A stretch of 64,000 nt of DNA, from contig OZ037770.1 of NCBI GenBank assembly GCA_964035545.1, positions 9,306,973 to 9,370,972 on the forward strand, read 5' to 3'. This DNA is from Bugula neritina (Eukaryota; Animalia; Bryozoa). Position 1 is the stretch's first letter; every line of letters starts with the position of its first letter. This document shows, piece by piece, positions 1-12,300 of the stretch. The notes under the pieces were generated by a model that was given only the letters and a program-made list of their open reading frames with translations, was not told the DNA's origin and made no database searches. A program made the position numbers and the translations under genes.

Positions 1-265
1 CACATTAGAGCTGGCGTCAGCAGGTGTCACATTAGAGCTGGCGTCAGCAGGTGTCACATTAGAGCTGGCGTCAGCAGGTGTCACATTAGAGCTGGCGTCA
101 GCAGGTGTCACATTAGAGCTGGCGTCAGCAGGTGTCACATTAGAGCTGGCGTCAGCAGGTGTCACATTAGAGCTGGCGTCAGCAGGTGTCAAATTAGAGC
201 TGGTGTCAGTAGGTGTCACATGAGAGCTGGTGTCAGCAGGTATCACATTAGAGCTGGTGTCAGCG
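1..265. repeat. 27-bp coding tandem repeat (cacattagagctggcgtcagcaggtgt)n, at least 9 copies
   Basis: Directly visible; unit equals 9 codons on the minus strand. Confidence 0.95.
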
Positions 266-364
266 GACATCTCTTTCTCATCATTATCAGACACTCTCAG
301 ATGAGCGCTGTTAGCAGGTGCTTTCTTGGTGACATCAGCCATTTTATCGGACTTTCTTTGAACT
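1..364 (-). CDS. Exon encoding (TPADASSNV)n repeats, continues past the window edge
   Basis: Acceptor ttgcag at 365; open frame FKEKSDKMADVTKKAPANSAHLRVSDNDEKEMSADTSSNVIPADTSSHVTPTDTSSNLTPADASSNV... Confidence 0.65.
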
Positions 365-3300
365 CTGCAATCAAGTGTAACAATGATTGCCATTAGAAAA
401 TCAGATGTAAGAGAATTAACTGTAGGCTACACCCAGTAACAGGAGCCATGCAAGCCTACTCATACTCTATCATATGGATAACAAAGCAGCAGAAAATTGA
501 CTTCACTAGTGCAGTACAAAGCAAATTTAATATATAATATCTTTAGTATAAATTTTGCTACAGAATTTCACAAAATATAATCAGTAAGTTATTGTGAAAA
601 CATAAAACAGCAGAAAAGCAGCAGAGAGTCATTTAAATGATCAATTCTGAGGTTTGAGCTTCTTTGACCACTAATTGGCAATACAATTCCAGCCAATAAT
701 GTGATTTTAGCAACTACTACGCTGTGGTATAGCAGAATCTTGACAAGAGAAATCATGGCAGAAAGAAAAACCTGAGATCTAAATGATACAATCTAGTATA
801 CTCACTGACTAGCGTGCAGCTACTTGTAACAAACTTAACACAAATGAAACACTCATTGATAGCCAGTATAAATAGTATATCATCTACTACATCGCGGAAT
901 GTCTACTTTACAGCATGGTGTTTATTCTATTATATACTGAAAGTAACGCCTGGATGATTATGTATTTCACGGCTGACTACCTCCACAAACGTCTTGGTTT
1001 ATAATTACTAAGCTCAAGTGTTAGTAAATGATGGCAGTTTGCAAATGAAAACAAGTTTATTCATTTAGCATTAAGAAAATGGGGCAACTCCGAAATACCT
1101 AACAATAGTGTATTAAAAGAAGAGATCCCAAGTGTTTGCAATGAGATTACAGAAAGAGAGTAAAATACTGCAACAAAGTATGAAATTCAGAATTTTTATT
1201 TGCAACCAGCTTCTTTTCTGATAATATCTAATGCACCAAAGTGACATGAAATAACTGGTGATGGCATGTGACATGAAATAACTGGTGATGGCAGGTACAG
1301 CTTTTTCATTGCTTAGACCAGGGGTGTCCAACCTTTTCAGAGCAAGGGCCACTGAAAAGGAATATTTCATGGCGAGGGCCACTTTGCAAGCTTTAGATCA
1401 CTCTGGGGGCCCCAGCATTGTTCAAATTACTTTATTCCAAATTCTTATGAATCATTGCACAATAAAGTCCCAATGACGGCATGTTTTGTAGCTTGTGTAT
1501 AAATAAGATATTTAAATGGTGGTTGTTCACTCTAACTCATGTATATCAAGTGTGAAACTTAATTTTAGTTTTATGCCTTTGAGGGCCACATAAATGTAGG
1601 TGGGGGGGGGGGCACATTCGACCCTGGGGCCGCCTGTTGAACAGCCCTGGCTTAGACCGACCAATAACAGACTGTTTGACACTTCATCTAGGGCAACATA
1701 CTATTCAGCAAGCCTATATACCTGTTTTACTAAACAAAACCGGAGAGCACAACTCCAAAGAGCACAATTAACCAGGCTTAACAAGAAGGCTGCACTATGG
1801 TGTGTCTTGAAGCTATTATTCCTTATAGAAACTTCTGGAAGAAATTGTGACCAGAATATATTAAGTTGGTGGTTGACTGCATCATCTGTATTATACGTAC
1901 ATAGATTCAATGGCTACACACTCAATAAACTATCATTTGTCCTGCAGTAATAGCTAAAGCATGAAATATTTGCTAGTTCTAAGTTGAATCATTTCATGGT
2001 TAAAATTATAGAAAAATAGTTTTCTAAAGCCTACCTAGATTTCCTGACTGCCCTACAGTATGGTAAAGTAATACACATGCATGTAGGGGATAGAGGGTTG
2101 CCAAGACTCACCTTGGTGGAGGGAGTAGGCAAGGTGGATACATTTCTTTAGGAGTGAATGAGTAGCATTCAGGAGCACTAGAAGAGAGGGTAGCACGAGA
2201 TTCTGGCAAGACAGCCTCCTCTACTATCTGATTATCAGAGTCAGTTTGTGGGGGTATAATAGCCTCCCCTAAAACACTGTCGCTAGCAGAGAGAGAAGTA
2301 TGAGATTCTGGCAATATGAGATCCTCTTCTATAGGGGTGGGTTGTGAGGGTACAGCAGTTTCTGAACTGGTAGAAAGTTTACCTGAGCTAGTAGGAGGCA
2401 TAGTGGAGCTAGTAGGGGGCGTGGTGTGGGTAGAAGGGGGCACAGGAGGGATAGTAGGGGGCACAGGAGGAGTAGTAGGGGGCACAGGAGGGGTAGTAGG
2501 GGGCACAGGAGGGGTAGTAGGGGGCACAGGAGGGGTAGTAGGGGGTACAGGAGGGGTAGTAGGGGGCACAGGAGGGGTAGTAGGGGGCACAGGAGGGGTA
2601 GTAGGGGGCACAGGAGGGGTAGTAGGGGGCACAGGAGGGGTAGTAGGGGGCACAGGAGGAGTCGTAGGAAGTATAGGAGGGGTAGTAGGGGGTGACACTG
2701 AACCAGTAGAAACATTAGGTGAGCTACTTTGAGATACCTCTGAACTAATAGGGAGTGTAGTGGGGGTAGAAGGGCGTGATGCTGAGCTAATAGGGGGCAT
2801 AGTGAGACTGGACTGATCTGAAGTGAAACTGGTCTCAGGCGTCACAAACTCTTCCTCACAGGAGAAGTAGAAAGTATCCGAAGCAGCGCTCTTCTGCTTA
2901 TCAACAGAAACTGGAGTTATCTTATCTTCCACAACACTAGAGCTGGGAATACCTTCACTGACAGTAGACCCAACACACGGATCAGTTTCAGTTGAAGAAG
3001 AAGAGAAAGTGGCTGGAAATGTCTGACAGGAAGTGTCTGCACTTTGAGCCGCGTCAAAGCTTTGTTGACTGAGGATTGGTTGAGGAAGAGTGATGGAAGA
3101 GATCAATGGAATGGAGTGGTGTGCGTGCAGTTCATCGGTAGACGTGTACACAATGTCTTCTTGCTCAACAACGTCTACTTGTTCAACGACGTCTACTTGC
3201 TCAACGACGTGTACTTGCTCAACTGCACACTCTGAGTAGATATAGGCAGACTGTGATATCACAGGAGTTGAGAGAAGATGTTGTACTGTGTGTGTTGGAG

Positions 3301-6300
3301 TTGTACTCTCAATGTCAGCAATATTGGGCAAACTCAGCACCAGCCCACTTGTCTCAGTAGGCGATCCAAGTCCGTCTGCGGCAGCAGATCGGGTTAGCTT
3401 TGGAGGTTTATCTTTTATTCGTTTCTTTGTTTTCCTGTCGGATTCAAATTTCTTATGTCTGTTGTAGTGTTCCAACCTGAAGGTATAAAAATAGTTAAAC
3501 TCATTTTTTGAAAACATTCTTCATGAGAACAAACCTACATTTACTATTTAGCAATCTAAGTTTAAAAAACTCTAATTTAACACATTCCAAAGGTGACTTA
3601 AGAACTCAAATTTAGAGTTCACTGTTTACTTTCAGAACCATTTCAAATGGTAATCATTTTCAATTATGCTTTATTAAAAGAAAATCGGAAACAGTTGAAA
3701 GAATTAAAAGAGAAATTTTCAGTAGGCTATGGACCAATGTAATAACTTTAACTGCATTGTCCAGATACCCTTGCTGATATCACAAGTAGCACTGCTTCAG
3801 TCAGTCAAATACAACCAGCCAGACCAAAACTATTCAACATGTGACTTTTAATAAACTAAGTACAGTGAATTGGCTAGTCTAGGTAGTACTTTAGCTAGAG
3901 AACCTATCAATTATATTATGTGGACTGTGGGGGGGGGGGGTCACTATTATCTATCAAATTTACTGAATTTTAAACATTAAACTTAGCAAAAAAATCAATA
4001 CTAAGTAAACCAATAAAGAAAATAAAATAATTAACAATAATAAAAGAAAATAGAGAAAACTTTGGAGAAACATTACAGTTCATATTTCAATTAACTATGA
4101 AATATTAAGTCACAAGGTACAGCTAGCCGGCACACGACAAACCTTTGAGGTGTTGAGGCACCACAGCAGGTTATACTAGGTACAGAACTGAGGCTACTAG
4201 TATCAGCTGAGGTGGAAGGGGTGCGGTCACCAGCCTCACAGTTGTCCACGTCTCTGAGGCTACCAAATGGAGATGGAGTCAACACAGGGAAATCTTCAGA
4301 TGAACCTAAAGCAGAACTGACAGTAAACCTCAGGCTATGAAACCTCAATGAGTCATTTTACTGAATTTAGTACACTCTATATATCTCTAGTCTTTTGCTA
4401 TTTTTCACAGTTTAGCCGTTAATGTATATAGTTTCTTGCATTAAACTGATAAAATGCAGCTGAATAATCAAAGGTTTTTTTTCTAATTTTGCTTATTTCT
4501 CCATGTTTTCCTAATTTTATAGTAAACCAAACCCCAAACACCCAAGTTTATTAAAAATTAGGATAAAACATGGAAAATTAAGCAAAATTAGAAAAAAAAC
4601 CTTGGTTATTCAGCCGGATTTTATCAGTTTAATGCAAGAAACTATATACATTAGCATCTAAACTGTGAAAATAGCTAAAAATTAGAAATATAGAGTGTGT
4701 ACTAAATTAGATAAAATGACCATAATAGGTCCACAGACTAGAATGAGAGAGAAGTTTAGTTCTAAACTCACAACCTCAGGGAGAGAGAGTTGACAGCAGA
4801 ATAAACTTAGACCGTAGCTAGTCTTGCTACTGTCTGGTAACAGCTGAATGGCACACAGCTGTTCAGCTTCAAACAATGAGAGCTGCATTGCAAGCTACTG
4901 CCACAATGGCTTTCAGTGAAATACAATGTACAGCTGTTCAGATAGAATGTTGTGAGCAACTTAAACAGGAAATGAGAGTTTTGACGGATATAACCAACTC
5001 AGTCACATCAATTCTGGATTTATTTATCACAGTAGCATATTATCTCAATGAAACACTTAGTAAACACTGCAGAGTCCTTCACTATGAAGCTAGTCTAGCT
5101 GCTGCTATAGCAACTGTTTGTTGTAATCACATTTAGCTCTCACCTGCAATGAGCTGTATTTCATCATAGAAAAAGATTTAGCAAATAACTGAGAGGAACT
5201 CTAGTACATATAGACATGGAGAGTTTAGTACATACTTACCGAACGTGTAGCACATACTTTTGGGAAGTTTAGCATATACCTAAAGACAACTTTAGAACAT
5301 AACCGGAAGTTACTTCAACACATACCTGCATAATACTTTAAAATAGAACTACATGTCACTTTAGCACATAAATGACTAACTTTAGCACACATCCGAATGT
5401 CACTTTAGCACACATCCGAATATCACTTTAGCACATACCTGAATGTCAGTTTAGCACATACCTGTATGCGAAGAGTTCAGTGAATTGCCAGAGGAGGTGC
5501 TCCGATGCCTTCTAGCACTGTAACTGTACGGAGAGGTCTGAACATCTGGTCTAGAGATTGACGTTGATGACTTTGACCTTTTACTTGACTTTCGGAATCT
5601 GTTAAACAAACTCATGTCTCTACCTTCCCCATCAGAGAGCGCGCAGCTCGAGTCTATCCACTGTAACACGACACAGAGACACAATATGAAGCACCCAGTG
5701 ATACAGGCTAGAGTTTCACGTCAACAATTCAATAGATAACCAGTGGAGAATGACACGGCAATAAATAACCTCCCCCTCACTACCTGTAATTATGACTAAC
5801 TCCGCCTTGTTGCCATGGCAACGTAACTCTCTAAGTGGCTTCACCTGGCTGCGTACCAATGTAATAGCAGCTACTGTAGGGAAGTGAATGACAATCAATG
5901 AAGAGCTGTGTATAGACTAAGGATACATACGTCTGCGTGAGTATAAATAGGTGGAGCTCTCAGCTATACATATTTTGCTATTCAAGAAGTGCAACGATCC
6001 GTTATATTGTGACACAATAATGGAGCAAATCACAACAAGTTGCTGTCTCAAATAGAAGAGAAGCTATTAAACTGCAGCTATTATGATACTGTCAAACCTT
6101 AGCCTAATGGAAGACAAAATATATAAAAATATTGTTATTGTAATAATGTTAACTAAAAGTGATATTACTGTACGTAGAGTGGGTTGCAGCAAGTCGTAGT
6201 GTCAAAGTAATGCAAATTAAGTTGTAGTATAACTAATAGACTTACAGTATAAATATATCCTTACAGGCTAGTAAATTCATTAAAAATAAATACATAAAAA

Positions 6301-9300
6301 TTCTTTTTGTTTACTACTTTATTTATCTAAACAAAGTAAACTTGTATTTTGGATGCCATTTTATCCATTTTCAGAGTTAATTGAATGAAATTTAAGGTTA
6401 AAAAACTTCATTAAACTTTAAAAGTAAAGTTCCAACCTATAACCTTCACACAGTGGTATCCAAAATATAAGAATACTTTATTTAGATAGATAAAGTAGTA
6501 AAAAAAAAATGCTTCTCGTTTATTTATCTTTTATTAGACATAACTGTACATACAGCACACTTACCTGAGTAGATTTACTGGTTTCATAGTCAACTTGTTC
6601 ACACACAGCATCACCACCTATATGACATATATGACACTAGAGATTAGTATTTCCAGAGAGGTGAACAACTGCTAGTAAGCAGCAAATGATGTTAATATAT
6701 TATATAACATATTAGGCCATTACTAATAACATATAATACTTGACCAGCTTGAAAGGTGATAGAAACAGCTGCTACTGTTGTGCTAATTAGTGGTGGATGC
6801 AGACACAGTCACCCCCTGCACTACACATTCATTCAAAAAATGGTTAGTACCCCCTGATTTATCCATTCCCTCAATGAATGTTTAGTAATAATATGAAAAT
6901 GTTTAGTAAAAATATGAAACTGTTGATTTAATAAAGTTGAAACTCTAAATTTACAGTTACTGAAATGTTATATATGCATTATGTAGAACATTAATCAGCT
7001 GTAACCCCTTTTGCCTGCTTTCTTTATCCACTCCTAGATAAATACTCCAAATCTAAGAGCCAATTCCATTAAAGTAGGGTTACTACAGAGAAGTTCCTTA
7101 CTTATTTGGTGAAGCACAGAAATGTTGTTTAAAGATCAAAGTGATATTTGTTCAATAGAGAATTCATAGTGAAAGAGATACAAGTCATACTTCTGCAGGC
7201 ACTGTCGTGTTGAGATTGTGGTGTAGTGACTAGCCGCTGAAAGTCTGGGGTTCGAACCCCAGTGGGAGCAAATATTTTACAGACACCAGTCTAGCTCTTA
7301 CCATAAACTACAGCCCAGTCATCTGCACTGTGTCTTGTCTCCTTGTGATATTCACTCAGTCGGTTTGGAGTTAGTAGTGGGGAGGTAACTTCAACTACAA
7401 CAACACATCCAAAACAGCCATGCCACAACGTTATAACAAATACGTCAACACTAGAAGCGGAGAACACAACTTCTACACCTACAAAAAATAACTTCAAACT
7501 ATTGAATTGTTGGAATGCAAAACACAGATATATGTAGCCATAACATTGTAGTATATAACACATATTGCATAGCCATAACACTCGTTTGAAAATCTTTGGA
7601 TCATGCTATACTGTCATTTATACTTTGAAACAAGCTATGTTATGTAAATAGTCAATGTTATGTTTAAATAGTACCTATATGTTATGCTTATCTGCTACTG
7701 ATATTCTAAAAGCATCTGATAAGCATGCATGAGAAGCACATCTTACTTGGACGACACACGTCAAAGGCTGTACCAATGAAAGTGTGAAGCTCGTGATAAC
7801 CACACATTTCAGAGATCTGGGAGTTGACCCTATGACCTTCCCCGGAGTCTACTACGCTCCGGATAGCCTCACCACTCTCTTCACCGTCACTGCCACACTC
7901 CAGCACCGTCTCAAGTTCCGACTTCTTGGAGAGAGACTGTCGTCTAGACGCTACCGGAACCTTGAAAGAGAATAACTCCTTGGAAGGCAGCGACTCAGTC
8001 ACATCGGAATCTTCAACAATGGCGTCCGGGTTCTCCTCGGGAATAGAAATGAGTGCCGGAGACGGTGGAGCAGACAACTTCCCATTGGCTGACTGTATGA
8101 TGTCATTGTATAGCCTATCCAGATCAGCATCAAAGAAGGCTCCATTGCGGGTGGGTGAACAGAGAACCCGACTGCTACTGGAATAGAACGAGTCTAAACT
8201 TTGACTAAGCTTTGCATCTGATGACATCATCAAACAGGAAACTGGCCGCTTGTTTCTAATGACAGGAAGAGAAAAGAATGACTCATCGTCAACATCCTTT
8301 ACTAGTGTGGTCTGGTTAGGTAGAGACTTTGACCGGGTGAGTCGCTGACAGGGATTTGTCTTCCCTTTAGTCCACTTGTCAGTTGGTGCATTGTCATGCT
8401 TATTTGTGAGCTTCCTATTGGTTACTTCGGCAGCTGGCGGCAAGCTCAAGGCAGCGTCATCTACTGAGAGACCAACACTGGTGTGCTGTCTAAAAGATGG
8501 AGCAGCTATTTGCAGGATACACTTACTGGATTGCTGGCAGCAGATGACAGATGATGAGTCATTCCCCTTCCTCTGATTGGACGATTCATTTACTTCCTCT
8601 TTCGAAGATTTCGTACTGGCTAGCCTGTTATTCATAGTTTCTATAAGTGAAAGAAATGGAATAAGCTACAGCAACCTGCAGTAATGCATGCTAACATTTG
8701 AATATAATCATTATATTAAATGAAAGTTATAACTTAAATGTAAATCAGCAACATAATTACATGAATAGAGCAGCAATGGATAATGAAACAATACTACAGT
8801 AAATTAAACTTGAGACTAGAAAAATCATTGTAGGTTAAAGCAACAGTAAATTATAGCAACTCAGCATGAAAACACAATTCCAAACTTCCACATTGAATAA
8901 AACCTTTAAAAGTACCAATTAAAATGTCGTTATTAGAATTAGCAGCAGCTTTTGAAACTTAGTTTAGTTTCTACGGTAGTTAGCAATGCAACTGGCAGGA
9001 AAATATTCAACCATTTATTTAATTCGAATTCCGAGTCAAATGCCATGCAGGACAAGATAACTCTTGAGTCATACAGCTGAGTTTTTGGGTATGAGTGAGT
9101 ATGGAACAGAGATTGAAATATGAAGCAGCAAAAATAAAAGTTGCTGGAAAGAGAAGTTGAAAAGAGAAAAGCCAGTTGGCTAGCATGGCACATGTAATAG
9201 CAGTGTTTAGCCAGTTTGCTCACTCCAAACACCTCATAGAAGCATTTAGCACACTCGAAGTTAAATATTTAGAGCTAAATGAGGAGAGCTAAGCCATGCA

Positions 9301-12300
9301 ATGAACTGCTAACAGCATCAACACCCACAGAGTCAAAACATACCTGTCAACTACCGCTGCCGATGCTGCCAATACAGAAATAGCTACGATATAGAAATAG
9401 CAACGATATATACAAGTTGCCCATCAATACTTTTCTACTAGAGCGCTAAGAGTAAAAGTACTACAAGTATCTTACAAGTAAATAGGATAAACCTAAATGA
9501 TTAAGACTGAAGTGGCTGATGTATTTATTACATCATTCTGGCAGCTTGCTTCTAAATATTGAGTAATTAGTAAGACTTCCAATACCAGCAGTTGCCCAGC
9601 AGTTAATGCATAGCAGTGCATATCCTGTATAATTAAAAGTGTGATGTATAATTTGTATTATTACAGTAGTATAATATATCTATTGGCTAAACCATAGGAT
9701 GCATATGTATATAATACATTAACATACTGGACAGCTAGTCAATAAGGATATGCTATAGTTGTAGTTAGCAGCAGAAAATAGGCACAATTTCAACTAATTA
9801 TAATCCAATATATGCTGTAATAATTTCATCATCAGTGGAATAATATGTTACTAGAAAAGACTATTTTGTAATAAACGCAGCTAGTAATAAAAACTGTTAA
9901 TGAGTTTTAGATTGAAATTAAATAGGGTTTGCCTTCTACAGCCTGAAATGGCATTATAATTGCAAATATGTACAAAGTACCAAATCACACACTGAACAGT
10001 TTTCTTTTCATGGAGTGTAACATTTCTGTTAACTTATGAAAAGTTACAGCCACAAACTACTAATTTTGTTAAATATATTATAATAGTAGCTATAAAGTTA
10101 ATCAGTTACTTAGCAACTAGCTGGGTGTTTATTTCCACGAATGCACTTATAGTTTCAGAAACATGGAGCAGCGTGATCAGGTGGTTCGAGAACTGTCTCA
10201 GTGAACGCAAGGTCAGTGGTTCGAATCCCAGTAAAGGCCAGTGGTGATGCTAGGAAGAGCATTCAGTCTAAATTTCTCCTTAGCCACAACAGAAAACAAG
10301 TTCCTATCTTTCTTAAAACAACCGTTTCCAGCTGGGGTTCTCACAGGGATGGTGATTATAAACTAGCATGATCAAGAGAGTTCCATTATCATACAGTGTA
10401 TATACATATAGCTTATATATACATATATATTGTCCATTTTAGTTTTGCATTTTTTAAACACGGGTTATTCACAACAACCAATAAATTAAACAATATGGCC
10501 GCTACCCCAACAGGACAAAGCAGAGATAGGTGAGAAAAAAAAATTTAAACGATATTCAAGGACAGGCCTGCTAGAAAATAAGAAGTGAAAATTTAAACAA
10601 TAATATTTAAAACTTTTTTTAAAACATTGCCAACTATAGACCACTGAAATATCTCCTGTAACTGGACTATGAAACAGAGAGTGAGTGGCTAATAGCTTAC
10701 ATGAGGCTAACAACACGATGCTGTGAGCAGGTGATATTGTTGATATAAACATAGGTAGAATAGGCTAATACAACGCTAGCAGCATGTAAGACAGTTAATT
10801 AGGGAGCAGTGAGTAACTAGACTTGAGTAGTGAAAGCAAACATCTGCTAAATAATTGGACATAAGCTGGCAGGTTGTCTTAGATTTGTCTTCTCATTAAA
10901 TGCCATTGCACTGATGGAAACTAATCACAAGTATGCATACTGTAGTCTGTGCTTTCTTTATATCACAGTAGAATGGGAGGGCAGTAAATACTGTAGTTAT
11001 ATGCTTGTTTCAGATGTGGACATTTACTAACCATATATAACAGCTACTTGTAGAGTTGGTTATTCAAGTGTAAAACTTAATGGAAGACCAGATTTGTGAA
11101 CCAAATAAGAAGAAAATCGAGAGGGAAATTAGGATCAAGCAATTAGTTGATTGTGCAATACTGTTCTAGAATTATGAGTAAGCATGTAACTTTATCATAG
11201 GCTATAGAAGAAAAACCAATAAAAGCCTGTAATAATTTTATGAAGTGAGAATTTTTGGAGCAGATAATCATATCTGGTTTTTCACCCTGCAATATCTATA
11301 GTATCAATATCAATAATACCAACTTGCCACCTAGTTATTAGCAAGACATATGATGCTATATATCTAACAACAGAAAAAGATGATTGCTTACAAATGTTAT
11401 GTAAAACTGTTTCAACTTCACAGCAGCTAGCCTAGTGTTTATGTATGTATTTAGAAGTTGTCTTCTCACATTGCTTTAAATATTAACTAGATCAACAAAG
11501 CTTATAAAAGTCATTCAGCTAGGTTCTTGCTTTATTAATCAAAGGTTTCACGACCTAATAATGTTATTAGTAGTGTAGGATTTGGGGGTTAATGCAATAA
11601 TTTGGTTAGAAATAATGTACCAGAGCCAATAGTCAATCAATAAAATCAATCATTGAAATCAATACTCAATAACGTTATACTAGGACCTGTTGCAGAGTTG
11701 CAGGAAAAGCAATAGACCATATGTTAAAGCTGAGAAGATTAATTGAAGCAAATGATGTGTTATCAGCAAAGCATAGGTGGCGCCACACCAACCGTTGCAC
11801 GGAGCTCTAAAGCAGTACCTCAATGCACAGCCTACCTTAACTTCAACATGTAGCCTAGACATCAATAGTTGAAAATACCAATAAAATCAATCATATCAAT
11901 AATCAATTAATATTACAAGCAAAAGAAACCTATATCATTCTATGAGATACTACAAAGAGAACAAATAAAATATATACTAGTACAAGCACCACAACAAAAT
12001 GTATAGTAAAAAACTAAGCCCTTTCTCTGTAGCCTTTATTTTAAATAAGAAAATACATAAATAAAAACTCAGCAAGATAATACCCAAAGGTCACTAAACT
12101 AAGACACTTATAGGTACCAACAGACAACTATCAAATCACTAAGTCTCACCTTGACCTTCGTAGTCAGAGTTCTCAAACATCCAGTGAGGTTTGGGAGAGT
12201 CAAGTTGACTTTGTCTGGAAATAGAAATATATAACAGTGACAAGAGATGAGTAGTGCTATGTTTATTGAGTGGGTGTCATTGATAGCTCTGTTTGCTGTT

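Noticed and set aside
2316-2732. Gly-rich, Arg-rich and Leu-rich alternative-frame ORFs
   Set aside because: Shadows of the 21-bp coding repeat in the minus-strand exon
5240-5280. Strong donor (cg|gtaagt) as the bridging exon
   Set aside because: The candidate exon contains an in-frame stop in the required phase
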